Positions 1-8,380 of a DNA stretch of 21,645 bases are shown one piece after another (the first letter of the stretch is position 1; each line of letters starts with the position of its first letter). Position numbers and translations under genes: made by a program. The stretch lies in contig JAYUGC010000175.1 of NCBI GenBank assembly GCA_043767805.1, positions 1-21,645 of the forward strand. Direction: 5' to 3'. The DNA is from Pseudomonadota bacterium (GTDB lineage Bacteria > Bdellovibrionota > FAC87 > UBA2466). Under the pieces are notes generated by a model. It was given only the letters and a program-made list of their open reading frames with translations. It was not told where the DNA came from and searched no databases.

Positions 1-94
1 CCTTTTAGCTCACACCTTTTAGCTCACACCTTTTAGCTCACACCTTTTAGCTCACACCTTTTAGCTCACACCTTTTAGCTCACACCTTTTAGCT
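1..94. repeat. Perfect 14-bp tandem repeat (CCTTTTAGCTCACA)x6 plus a 10-bp partial copy; may continue beyond the window start
   Basis: Identical units at 1-14, 15-28, 29-42, 43-56, 57-70 and 71-84, then CCTTTTAGCT at 85-94. No spacers between units. Confidence 0.97.
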
Positions 95-3007
95 GAGGAG
101 GGCTAGGAGGTCGGCGCGGGTTAGGGAGGCGGCGGCGGTGGCTCCGTCCAGGGCCATAGCCGCGGTGGCGCGTTTTCGCTCCTGAAGCGCTAGGATTTTC
201 TCTTCGACCGTGTCTTTGGCAACCAAGCGGTGAATGAAGACGGGGCGATCCTGACCGATGCGATGCGCTCGATCGGCCGCTTGATCTTCGGCCGCGGGAT
301 TCCACCACGGGTCGGCGAGGAAAACGTGATCCGCCGCCGTCAAATTGAGTCCCACACCGCCCGCTTTCAATGTCATGAGCAGGACCGGCGGGCCCGACGC
401 GCTTTGAAAGCGAGAGACGATGCTCGCCCGATCTTTCGTCGAGCCGTCGATCCGCAAGAAATTCAAGCCGCGGTCCTTGAGATGCGGCTCGATGAGGTCC
501 AGTAACGACGTCCATTGCGAGAAGACGAGCGCTTTGTGATCTTCGTTCACGACTTCTTCGAGCATGTCGCAAAGTAAGCGCACCTTCGATGAGTTCTCCG
601 CGCTTTGTCCGGGCAAGAGACCGTTGTGGCAAGCCGCTTGTCTCAGGCGCAGCAAGAACTCGAGGGCCGCCATGACGTTGCCTTCGGAGGCGAGAGCTTC
701 CAGCACTTCGGTCTTAGTCGCCAGCATGAGCGCCTGATAGGTTTCCCGTTCCACTGGTTCCAGCTCACAATAAGCAACGAGCTCCGTGCGCGGGGGCAGC
801 TCGGGCGCGACTTCGCTCTTCAACCGGCGAAGGATGAAAGGCTTGATGCGGCTTCTGAACTGACTGGCGAGATGATTGTCGCGCTGCAGATTCAAAGGCG
901 AGTAACGCTTTTGGAAGTCCGCGCGCCCGCCGAGAAGCCCGGGATTCAAGAAGTGAAAGAGACTCCAGAGATCTTCGAGGCGGTTTTCGACGGGAGTTCC
1001 GGTCAGTGCCACGCGGAAATCCGCTTTCAGACGATAGGCGGCTTGGGCCATCTGGCTCTCGGGGTTCTTGATGTTTTGCGCCTCGTCCAGGACGACGATG
1101 TCCCACTTCTGCGAGGAGAGGAGATCCACGTCGAGACGAAGGAGCGCGTACGTCGTCAACGTGATGACCGCGCCAGTCTCCAGCTCGCGGGCGCCGCCAT
1201 GATAAACGGAAACTTTCAGGTTGGGGCGGAAGCGGGTGATTTCCTGCTTCCAGTTGGGCAAGACGCTCGTCGGGCAAACGACGAGGACTTTCCCTTTCAA
1301 GACACAAAGGGTCTGAAGCGTCTTTCCGAGACCCATGTCGTCGGCGAGCAAGGCGCCTAAAGAATTTTGCTGCAGGAACGATAGCCAGTTCACGCCTTGA
1401 TGCTGATAAGATCGCAAAGTCGCCGTCAGATCTTTCGGCAATTTGACGGACGTCAGGCCCTCGAACTTGTCGAGCTGTTTGGCGAGCTTCGAAAACTCCG
1501 GAGGGCAGGGCGTATCGAGCTCCTGGCAAAGGCGCGCGAGCTCGGGCCGAATCTGCGGCGGAAGTTCGCCCGAATCCTTGCGGGCGGCGAGCAGCTCGAG
1601 CAGACGGTGACCGTACTTATCGAGCCATTCCTTGGGAACCGGAGCCCAGCCGTCTTCGTCCAAAAGCGCGACTCGTCCCAAGCCTTCCTGCCAGGCGCGA
1701 AAAACAGCGCGCGCGTCCGCCCGGCCTTTGCCGTCGGCGAGTCTAAATTCCACGTCGATGTCGTCTTTGGTGACCGAGACTTTTGGGGCGAGCATCGACT
1801 TCGTGCCGAAATACGTAAGCCCGTTGCCAACCACTTTCGCGGAAAGCGATCGCAAGCGTTCGACGAAGCCAGTCGCCGCCTCGCCGCGAAATTCCAGACG
1901 TTTTCCCACGGAAAAACCGAGCGTGCCGTGTAGCTCGTTCGCGAGCCGTTGCTCGGCGAGGCGATTGCGGCTCGGAACGACGGTAGCTTCTCCGAGCATC
2001 ACCAAACGGCCCGCATCGACCCGGGCGTAGGGCGGATCGCCGTACACCAAGACCGGAAGCACCGAGAGCATATCGCCTGTCGCCGCCGTTTGAAAAATGA
2101 GCTGAGGGCGATCGTTGGCGCCGGCCGTACGAGGCAAGCGAGTCGTACGAACGTCGATCGCGATTTTCTTGGCGAGAGACGGCAAAGTGTATGAGGCGAG
2201 CTCCGCGAGCTCTCGGCTCGAAAAATAGCGGCCGCGCTCGACGAGCTGTTTTTCGGCGGGGATTAGATCCGCCGTGTCTCTCGCGCAAAGCTCGCCTTCG
2301 CGCACGAGCCCTGAGTTTCTAAAAACCTCGGTCACTTCAGGCGCGTCTTCGCCGCGCACGATGACCCCGCCGTCGGCGTCCCCGTCGAGTACGGCCACTC
2401 GATTAGTGAGGGCGGGGGCTCCGACTTTTATCTTTTGGCCATCGAGGTGCACGCCTTCGCGGCCGACCAAGTGCCGCAGGAGCGTGCCCATCTCTTTCGT
2501 GGGTAGGTTGTCCCACCGAAGCTCGCGGACGAGAGCATCCACGAGAAAATCCGGTTTGGAGGCGCTGATCAAGGGCCCCGGAACCCTGCCCGAGAGAATA
2601 TCCAGGAGAGACCCAGCCAGCGGCGTCTCCTCCTCATTGACCCGAATGGCCCGCTTCAAGGCCAGAGACCCGTCTTTCCGAGTGAAGTAGTACTGAATAA
2701 GTCCCCTCGATACGGGGGATAAAGGGAGCGTTTCGCCCTTTTGCCAGGCACGCCGGAGGGTAATGATGGCCGCCGCCACGTGCTCGCAGCAGCTTTGGAC
2801 GTACCCGCAGTCGCACATCCAGTCCTGTTCTTCGATCTGGATTTGAACCGAGGCGCTGACCACCTTTCCGGGCGTACTTACGCGCAGGAGGGCGACTTCC
2901 TCCGAAAGGCTCTCGGCAATGACCCCATTTTGACGGCTGATCTGGACTCCTAGAGACCAGGCGTGCGTCGAACAGGACTCTCGAATAGTTGTAAATAGCT
3001 CGTCCAA
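89..3007 (-). CDS. SNF2-family helicase/ATPase with N-terminal SWIM zinc finger
   Basis: 972 aa, TTG start. SWIM-like CDCGYVQSCCEH, Walker A LADDMGLGKT, DEAQ box, LTGTPVEN, helicase-C motifs GGVGLNLTAAD and WWNPAAEDQAADRAHRIGQ. Confidence 0.95.
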   Translation of the reverse strand: MDELFTTIRESCSTHAWSLGVQISRQNGVIAESLSEEVALLRVSTPGKVVSASVQIQIEEQDWMCDCGYVQSCCEHVAAAIITLRRAWQKGETLPLSPVSRGLIQYYFTRKDGSLALKRAIRVNEEETPLAGSLLDILSGRVPGPLISASKPDFLVDALVRELRWDNLPTKEMGTLLRHLVGREGVHLDGQKIKVGAPALTNRVAVLDGDADGGVIVRGEDAPEVTEVFRNSGLVREGELCARDTADLIPAEKQLVERGRYFSSRELAELASYTLPSLAKKIAIDVRTTRLPRTAGANDRPQLIFQTAATGDMLSVLPVLVYGDPPYARVDAGRLVMLGEATVVPSRNRLAEQRLANELHGTLGFSVGKRLEFRGEAATGFVERLRSLSAKVVGNGLTYFGTKSMLAPKVSVTKDDIDVEFRLADGKGRADARAVFRAWQEGLGRVALLDEDGWAPVPKEWLDKYGHRLLELLAARKDSGELPPQIRPELARLCQELDTPCPPEFSKLAKQLDKFEGLTSVKLPKDLTATLRSYQHQGVNWLSFLQQNSLGALLADDMGLGKTLQTLCVLKGKVLVVCPTSVLPNWKQEITRFRPNLKVSVYHGGARELETGAVITLTTYALLRLDVDLLSSQKWDIVVLDEAQNIKNPESQMAQAAYRLKADFRVALTGTPVENRLEDLWSLFHFLNPGLLGGRADFQKRYSPLNLQRDNHLASQFRSRIKPFILRRLKSEVAPELPPRTELVAYCELEPVERETYQALMLATKTEVLEALASEGNVMAALEFLLRLRQAACHNGLLPGQSAENSSKVRLLCDMLEEVVNEDHKALVFSQWTSLLDLIEPHLKDRGLNFLRIDGSTKDRASIVSRFQSASGPPVLLMTLKAGGVGLNLTAADHVFLADPWWNPAAEDQAADRAHRIGQDRPVFIHRLVAKDTVEEKILALQERKRATAAMALDGATAAASLTRADLLALLS

Positions 3008-3173
3008 GGCAATCTAACAGCTTTACCCTAAATCGAGATTTCTTGAAAGGTGGCCGCGAGCGGAGGCCCGAAATAAGGGCTAGGCGACTCGGCGCATCCT
3101 AGGTCTTCGCTTTTCGTGCCTGGAAACTGAATATAGACTCCTCCCAACTCGGGGTTTTTAAGGGGCGGGGTCG

Positions 3174-4052
3174 GTGATCGGGCAGCAGCGGGAGTCGCAA
3201 TTCAAAGGGCAGGGCTTTCTCGTTTTGGAGTCCTTTTTCACGCCCGCGGAAATCTCCGCCGCGGTAGCCGACGCGGAGGGCTTGCTCGCGCGCTCCGACT
3301 TTCTGCACTCGGATAATCTGCGCTGCCGCTGGCAGACCCACCCCGAGTCAGGCGAGCCGATTCTGGACACTTTGGATCCGGTGACCGATCTGTCTCCCGC
3401 GATTGAAAAGCTAGCCCGCTCGGAGAAGCTTCTGGGCACGCCGTTCCCGGCGCATGTCGAGCACGAGAACGGGACGCTGGATGAAGTCCGTCTCCGGGGT
3501 ACCTTCAATATCCGGCGGGAGCCGGCGGAAGCGACGGCGATGCTCGCCGAAGCGCGCCGGGTCCTCAAGGCGGGCGGTGAGTTGATGCTGCACCTCTTGG
3601 TGGCCGACAAAGCCATTTCGAAGAAAATGCCCCGGCTTCCGGGACCCGCCGCGCTCGTCGAGTACACTCCGACCGAATCGGAAATGGTGCGCCTGCTCGA
3701 GGAGACTGGCTTTGCGGGAATTTCCTTGAAGCGTCTCAGTCATTCCGCGGTCTTTCAGTTCGACGGTGCCGACATGCGGGAGATGATGCTCCCCGCGACG
3801 CCAAAAACCTGCAGCAGGAACGCCGATAGCTACACCGTCGTTTACAAGGGACCTTTCCGCGAGGTGACCGACGATAGTGGCGTGCGCTACATCCGCGGCA
3901 ACCGCACCGCCATCAACGGGGACACGTTCTCGACGCTGACGCACTCGAAGCTCGCCGATAACTTCGTGTTCTTGAACTTGACGCCCCCGACCGCTTGCGC
4001 GGATCCGCACGAGCCCACGCGCGACCGGACGCAATCTCAACCCACTTTGTAA
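3174..4052 (+). CDS. Chimeric ORF: phytanoyl-CoA dioxygenase (PhyH)-like N-terminal fragment fused to a methyltransferase-like C-terminal region; possibly a deletion-derived pseudogene
   Basis: Residues 1-88 (QFKGQGFLVLESFFTPAEI...LDPVTDLSPAIEKLARSEKLL) resemble a PhyH N-terminus, but no HxD motif follows. The rest has EARRVLKAGGEL (class I MTase-like) and VVYKGPFREVTDDSG..YIRG. Confidence 0.55.
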   Translation: MIGQQRESQFKGQGFLVLESFFTPAEISAAVADAEGLLARSDFLHSDNLRCRWQTHPESGEPILDTLDPVTDLSPAIEKLARSEKLLGTPFPAHVEHENGTLDEVRLRGTFNIRREPAEATAMLAEARRVLKAGGELMLHLLVADKAISKKMPRLPGPAALVEYTPTESEMVRLLEETGFAGISLKRLSHSAVFQFDGADMREMMLPATPKTCSRNADSYTVVYKGPFREVTDDSGVRYIRGNRTAINGDTFSTLTHSKLADNFVFLNLTPPTACADPHEPTRDRTQSQPTL

Positions 4053-4066
4053 TTAGGAATACCAAA

Positions 4067-4573
4067 ATGAAATATTCGAAACTGATGGCCCTCGCTTTTT
4101 GTCTTTCGCTCGGCGCGGCCGCCGCTGAGACCAGTTCCGTTCAGGTCTTGAGCCACCGGGCGAAGTAGCGTACCGGCATCATTCTCGGCATGAACGATCC
4201 GGTTCCCGCGGTGTTCGGCGTGAGCCTCGGCTACAATCTTTTCGATTTCTTTCGCCTGACCGCGGGAGTCGGCCGGTTCAATAGGGATTACGTCTATAAC
4301 GGCGTTACTTTAAAACCCCGCTCGGTGACCTACGGGGCAGGCGGCCGGTTTCTCATGCCGGGCTGGAACCTGACTCCCCTCGTGGGGCTCAGCTGGGCGA
4401 CCATCGCTACGGAGGGCTTTCCCGATGACGACCACCACGTCTATGGAGTCGCCGGTTTGGAGTGGCAGCTGCCATCCGGCCTCAATCTCGGCGCGGGGTA
4501 CGAGCAGTCCTTCGATAAAAAAATTGGCGGCTTGCCGTACCTGACCGTCGCCTGGTACTTGCCTCTTCTTTAG
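4067..4573 (+). pseudogene. Secreted/outer-membrane beta-barrel-like protein interrupted by an in-frame TAG at 4166-4168
   Basis: AGGA RBS precedes ATG 4067. The signal peptide MKYSKLMALAFCLSLGAAAA is in the same frame as ORF 4190-4573, with one TAG at codon 34. The downstream part has alternating Gly/aromatic beta-strands. Confidence 0.7.
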
Positions 4574-4597
4574 TGTCCGTACGCAAGGGAGTCTATC

Positions 4598-5074
4598 GTG
4601 AGCTTGAAGTCCGTTTCCGCTTTGGTCCTTCTCGGGTTTGTTTCTACGGCGTTCGCCGCCATTCCGTTCTCGGATCGGGCGGGGAGTTTCTCCGGTGACG
4701 GAGAATGGTCGGGCTGGTTGGGCGGGTCGGGAAAGCTCACCGTGACGAGCACGATTGCGGTTAACCGGGACTCCAATGGCAAGGTGGAGAGCATCGCCGT
4801 CGCTTCCCAGTACCATATTTTGGGCATGCCCATGGGCGACGCGTACGTTATTCGTAACGAGCGGCGCGGGTACTTCGATCTCTTCGGCAAAAACGGCAAG
4901 AAGCGGGGCAATGGGTATTGCCTCGGCAATCACTGTCACATCGTCATGCCGGCTGATAAGCTCGAAGAGACGATCCTCTTCGAAGCGGACGGATGCCTCA
5001 GCCGCTTCGGCTCGAAGACCGAATATGGTAGCCTTTGGAATTGGAACGAGCGCCTCTGCCCCCTTCAGTTCTAG
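4598..5074 (+). CDS. Secreted hypothetical protein
   Basis: GGGAG RBS before the GTG start. Signal peptide ending AFA-A. Beta-rich, with GYCLGNHCH and further Cys residues. Confidence 0.75.
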   Translation: MSLKSVSALVLLGFVSTAFAAIPFSDRAGSFSGDGEWSGWLGGSGKLTVTSTIAVNRDSNGKVESIAVASQYHILGMPMGDAYVIRNERRGYFDLFGKNGKKRGNGYCLGNHCHIVMPADKLEETILFEADGCLSRFGSKTEYGSLWNWNERLCPLQF

Positions 5075-5075
5075 T

Positions 5076-5297
5076 CTAGCCGTTCTCGTTCTGCTTAAGC
5101 ACGTTCAGGATGAAGACTCCGGCGCTCACCGCCGCCGCCAGCATCCCGAAGATAGCTATTCGAAAGAGCGGCGAACGGCTCGAGTCCTGGCTGAGGGTGA
5201 GAATCACTCCCAATACTACCGGCACTAAGATGAAAGCGAAGTGCGACGGCTGAGAAAACGAGGTCGGTTTGTTTTGAAGGGCGGAATACGTTTTCAT
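5076..5297 (-). CDS. Small hypothetical membrane protein (2 TM)
   Basis: 73 aa with two hydrophobic segments (FAFILVPVVLGVILTL; IAIFGMLAAAVSAGVFILNVL). Lies 28 bp downstream of the cytochrome c gene on the same strand. Confidence 0.6.
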   Translation of the reverse strand: MKTYSALQNKPTSFSQPSHFAFILVPVVLGVILTLSQDSSRSPLFRIAIFGMLAAAVSAGVFILNVLKQNENG

Positions 5298-5325
5298 AGA
5301 GGGTTCTTCCTATTGGACAGATGGT

Positions 5326-6489
5326 TTACGGGCGCTCCGAAGCTTTGGTTTTGAGCTCATCCATCAGCGCTTGAATGTCGCCGGGGATGAAAGTGCCGCC
5401 GCTCCCGGAATAACCAAAATAGACGCTCTCCTCATAGCGATGAAAACACTGCCGAGCGATCGCCGTATGAGGTGAATTGCGGATACAAGCTTCAAAGTAC
5501 ATTTCGGGAAGCGGAGAGACCAACGCGTCTCCCAGCAAGCGGTAAGCGTTGCCGGCGACGAAGAGCGCGTCGCTGGTGTGCTTACCGTCCGGCGCCAGGG
5601 AAAGCAGCTCGTGCACCGCAACCGAAGCGCGCAGATAGAGGACGTCTCCCGAGTGATCGAGAGGATACTGCTGCTTCATTTTTGCGCTCAAGCCGAGAGC
5701 CACGGCTTCCTCATAGAGCTCGTCCGCGGTGACGGAGTCTTTTTTGGGCTCACTCTTCCAAAGCTCAATCGATTCCTTCCAAGCCCGGGCTTCGTTGCGG
5801 AAAAACTCCGGGCCGACTTGTGAGGCAATGACTTTATCGACTATCTTGCCCGCACGCTCGGGATCGCGTTTGACCCGGACGGCGAGGTTCACGCCTTGGC
5901 GGACCGCACGTTCCCATTCGAAAGGCTTTTTGCGGGCCAAGTCCGCGTCGCCCACGACTTTTTCGAACTCGTCGAGGGCTCCGCTGAATTGTCTCGTCGC
6001 CGCCAATAGCTCGGCCCGCTCTATGGGAGTCAGGGACTTGGTTTTCGCCTCGAACTCGAAGGTCGGAAAATCAGGTCCTTTGTCGTGGCGAGTGTGGCAA
6101 GCGATGCAATATCCGGCCACTCGCCGTAAAAGACCGCGGCCGTACTCGACCTGACCTCCCTTGATGCTACGGTTCGCTTGCTTCACCTGAAGATCGAAAA
6201 GGCCCGAGATATACTTCAGTGTCGGATCCGCTTCCGGAGGCAAAGGGTTGGGCGCGGTGTCGGGACTCATGTTGATGGTGTGAGCTAAACTGGCGAGTTT
6301 TTCGGTCGCCGCCGCCAGACGCTTTTCCTCGGCGGGCTTCAGAGGCTCGCGAGAAACGACGAGGGGCAGAACTTCGGTGAACGTCTTTCCCAGCTCCTGC
6401 ATCTTCTCGTTCCATTTGCGGAGTTTCGCTTCGGCTTGCGAGAGGCCAAGGAGAAGGATTACGGCGCTAAGGGCGAGGGAGCGTTTCAT
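5326..6489 (-). CDS. Exported monoheme c-type cytochrome with a helical (TPR-like) C-terminal region
   Basis: AAGGA RBS, signal peptide (…LSQAEA-K), single CXXCH motif CIACH at 6094-6108, helical remainder. Confidence 0.8.
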   Translation of the reverse strand: MKRSLALSAVILLLGLSQAEAKLRKWNEKMQELGKTFTEVLPLVVSREPLKPAEEKRLAAATEKLASLAHTINMSPDTAPNPLPPEADPTLKYISGLFDLQVKQANRSIKGGQVEYGRGLLRRVAGYCIACHTRHDKGPDFPTFEFEAKTKSLTPIERAELLAATRQFSGALDEFEKVVGDADLARKKPFEWERAVRQGVNLAVRVKRDPERAGKIVDKVIASQVGPEFFRNEARAWKESIELWKSEPKKDSVTADELYEEAVALGLSAKMKQQYPLDHSGDVLYLRASVAVHELLSLAPDGKHTSDALFVAGNAYRLLGDALVSPLPEMYFEACIRNSPHTAIARQCFHRYEESVYFGYSGSGGTFIPGDIQALMDELKTKASERP

Positions 6490-6625
6490 GGGAAATTCCT
6501 TTCGTTTCGGAGTTCGAATACTGACGTAAGGCCTGGGCCAGGTTTTGCACCGTATTGGCGCGCGCGGAAAAAGGGATCGCCGGGAAGAGTTCGAAAAGTA
6601 GCTTCGCGGTCATGGTGACTGATAA

Positions 6626-6641
6626 AGCAGAACCCGTGCCA
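6626..6641 (-). promoter_or_regulatory. sigma54 -24/-12 promoter for the cytochrome c operon
   Basis: Minus strand TGGCACGGGTTCTGCT; GG-N10-GC spacing. Confidence 0.8.
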
Positions 6642-6693
6642 AGGAATTTAGGCGGGGCTCAGGCTCACCACTGGCTTAAAAAGCGGGGTGCGC

Positions 6694-6708
6694 GGGCCAT
6701 TTCGTCCC
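6694..6708. promoter_or_regulatory. Putative enhancer (UAS) palindrome, single clear copy
   Basis: GGGCCATTTCGTCCC matches the GGGACA-N3-TGTCCC family. Only a weak half-site lies 20 bp downstream. Confidence 0.55.
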
Positions 6709-6797
6709 GCGAGTTTGCTTTCTGTCGTGGTCTGAGCTTCCGTCGCGGCGTCGCCTGGCTTGCCAACTCGAAGGGCAAAACCGAGTGCCGTGAATGC

Positions 6798-6813
6798 TGG
6801 CACGTCACGTGCT
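6798..6813 (+). promoter_or_regulatory. sigma54 -24/-12 promoter for the NtrC-family regulator
   Basis: TGGCACGTCACGTGCT; GG-N10-GC. Confidence 0.75.
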
Positions 6814-6872
6814 CATTAGAGAAGGAGAGCTCCAGTTCAGGCTGTAAAACATGGGCAGAGGCAAGGAAGCAT

Positions 6873-6907
6873 GGGACACTATGTCCCGCGTTAGGTCAAA
6901 AAGGCCC
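6873..6907. promoter_or_regulatory. Tandem UAS-type palindromes in the regulator's leader (possible autoregulatory operator)
   Basis: Perfect GGGACACTATGTCCC (6873-6887) plus AGGTCAAAAAGGCCC (6893-6907), 20-bp offset. Confidence 0.7.
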
Positions 6908-6925
6908 ATTGAAAGGTAAAGACGG

Positions 6926-8380
6926 ATGAAAACCACTAAGGGCCATGTAGTCGTCGCGGATGATGATAGGGAAATGCGAGGACTCATTACGGATTTCCTT
7001 ACGACCGATGGCTACCAAGTCTCGGCGTTTCCCTCCGCCGTCGAGGCCCTGAAGGCCCTTCGGCCCGGAGGAGGCTTGGAAGCCGGGCAGGGCACCGATG
7101 TCGACGTCATCGTCTCCGACCTTCGCATGGCCCAGATGGACGGAATGCAGTTTCTCAAAACCATCAAGGCCGAGCGCCCGGACATTCCGGTGGTTTTAGT
7201 TACCGCCTTCGGAAGTATCGACACCGCCATCGAGGCGATGCGAAACGGCGCCTATCACTACGTGGTGAAGCCGTTCAAGTTGGCTGAAATGAGCGTGACC
7301 GTGGAGCACGCCCTGGAGCGTCGGCAACTAACTCGCGACAATCAGATCCTTCGCCGCGAAGTAAAAAAGAAATACGGCGTCTCGGGGCTTCTTGGAAAAA
7401 GCACGGCGATGCAATCCGTTTTCGATTTGATCGGGCGAGTCGCCACCTCTACCGCGAACGTGCTCATTAACGGGGAAAGCGGCACGGGAAAAGAAATGGT
7501 GGCCCGCGCGATACACAGCTCCGGTCCTCGGGCCAAGCAGCCGTTCATTGCCATCAACTGCACCGCCATTCCCGAGACTCTTCTGGAGTCCGAGCTTTTT
7601 GGGCATGCGAAGGGCTCCTTCACCGGAGCCACCAGCCGCAAGAAAGGACTCATTGAGGAAGCCAACGGAGGAACACTCTTTCTGGACGAGATCGGTGACA
7701 TGAGCCCGCCCCTCCAGGCCAAACTCCTGAGAGTTTTGCAAGAGCGCAAGATTCGTCCGGTGGGCGACAATCACTTTTATGACGTCGACGTGAGAGTGGT
7801 CTCGGCGACTCATAAGGATCTCAAGGCCGCCATCCGAGACGAGCGTTTTCGCGAAGATCTCTTTTACCGGCTGAGCGTGATTCCCATCGTCATTCCACCT
7901 CTGCGTGAGCGTCCGGAGGACATTCCGCTTTTGGCCGAGCATTTTCTGGAAAAATACTCGGCCGCGAACGCCGTTCCCGGCGGAAAGCGAATCACCGGCC
8001 TTACCAAAGGGGCGCTTTCCAAGCTGATGAGCCTTCGTTGGAAAGGCAACGTACGCGAGCTCGAAAACGTCATGGAACGAGCGGTGGTGCTTTGCCCGCA
8101 AACGATCATCGACGTCTCCGACATTCCCGATCCGCAATCGGCCGGTCCCGACGAGGCGATGCGAGTGGTTACGGGTGATTTTCCGACGGTGGCCCAGCTC
8201 GAAGAGCGTTACATTCGCCTGGTCTTGGAAAAGACGGCGGGTCGTAAGGATAAGGCTTCCCAGATTCTCGGCATCCATCGCCGCACGCTGTACCGCAAGG
8301 AACGAGATTACGGGTGGGTGACCGAAGACGCGGAGATGGAAGGCGGCACGGAACCGAAAGACGAGGTCTCCAAGCGTTAG
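6926..8380 (+). CDS. NtrC/AtoC-family sigma54-dependent response regulator (receiver - AAA+ - Fis HTH)
   Basis: Receiver VADDD…IVSDLRM…KPF; Walker A GESGTGKE; ESELFGHAKGSFTGA; Walker B LFLDEIG; FREDLFYRL; GNVRELEN; HTH ASQILGIHRRTLYRK. Confidence 0.97.
   Translation: MKTTKGHVVVADDDREMRGLITDFLTTDGYQVSAFPSAVEALKALRPGGGLEAGQGTDVDVIVSDLRMAQMDGMQFLKTIKAERPDIPVVLVTAFGSIDTAIEAMRNGAYHYVVKPFKLAEMSVTVEHALERRQLTRDNQILRREVKKKYGVSGLLGKSTAMQSVFDLIGRVATSTANVLINGESGTGKEMVARAIHSSGPRAKQPFIAINCTAIPETLLESELFGHAKGSFTGATSRKKGLIEEANGGTLFLDEIGDMSPPLQAKLLRVLQERKIRPVGDNHFYDVDVRVVSATHKDLKAAIRDERFREDLFYRLSVIPIVIPPLRERPEDIPLLAEHFLEKYSAANAVPGGKRITGLTKGALSKLMSLRWKGNVRELENVMERAVVLCPQTIIDVSDIPDPQSAGPDEAMRVVTGDFPTVAQLEERYIRLVLEKTAGRKDKASQILGIHRRTLYRKERDYGWVTEDAEMEGGTEPKDEVSKR

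Noticed and set aside
1..94. CRISPR array
   Set aside because: Units are 14 bp, directly abutting, with no spacers, and no cas genes are in the window.
230..2953. Many long alternative-frame ORFs overlapping the SNF2 gene (and similar shadows over the regulator, ldhA and kinases)
   Set aside because: Antisense or frame-shifted shadows typical of GC-rich coding DNA. They are Arg/Ser/Pro-rich with no recognisable motifs.
89..3007. SNF2 helicase as part of an anti-phage defence system
   Set aside because: SWIM-SNF2 is a widespread stand-alone bacterial architecture, and no methylase, nuclease or other defence partner is adjacent in this window.
4916..4942. CLGNHCH as a heme c attachment site
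   Set aside because: Spacing is CX4CH rather than CXXCH, in a small beta-rich protein; a disulfide is more plausible. Not supportable from sequence alone.
6534..6549. Additional sigma54-like element TGGGCCAGGTTTTGCA on the + strand
   Set aside because: It has correct spacing but lies antisense within the cytochrome leader, with no adjacent upstream UAS or nearby gene. It may be chance, so it was not counted.
7610..7630. GSFTGA instead of GAFTGA as a sign of a sigma54-independent activator
   Set aside because: The critical F-T-G-A residues are intact and GSFTGA is a common natural variant.
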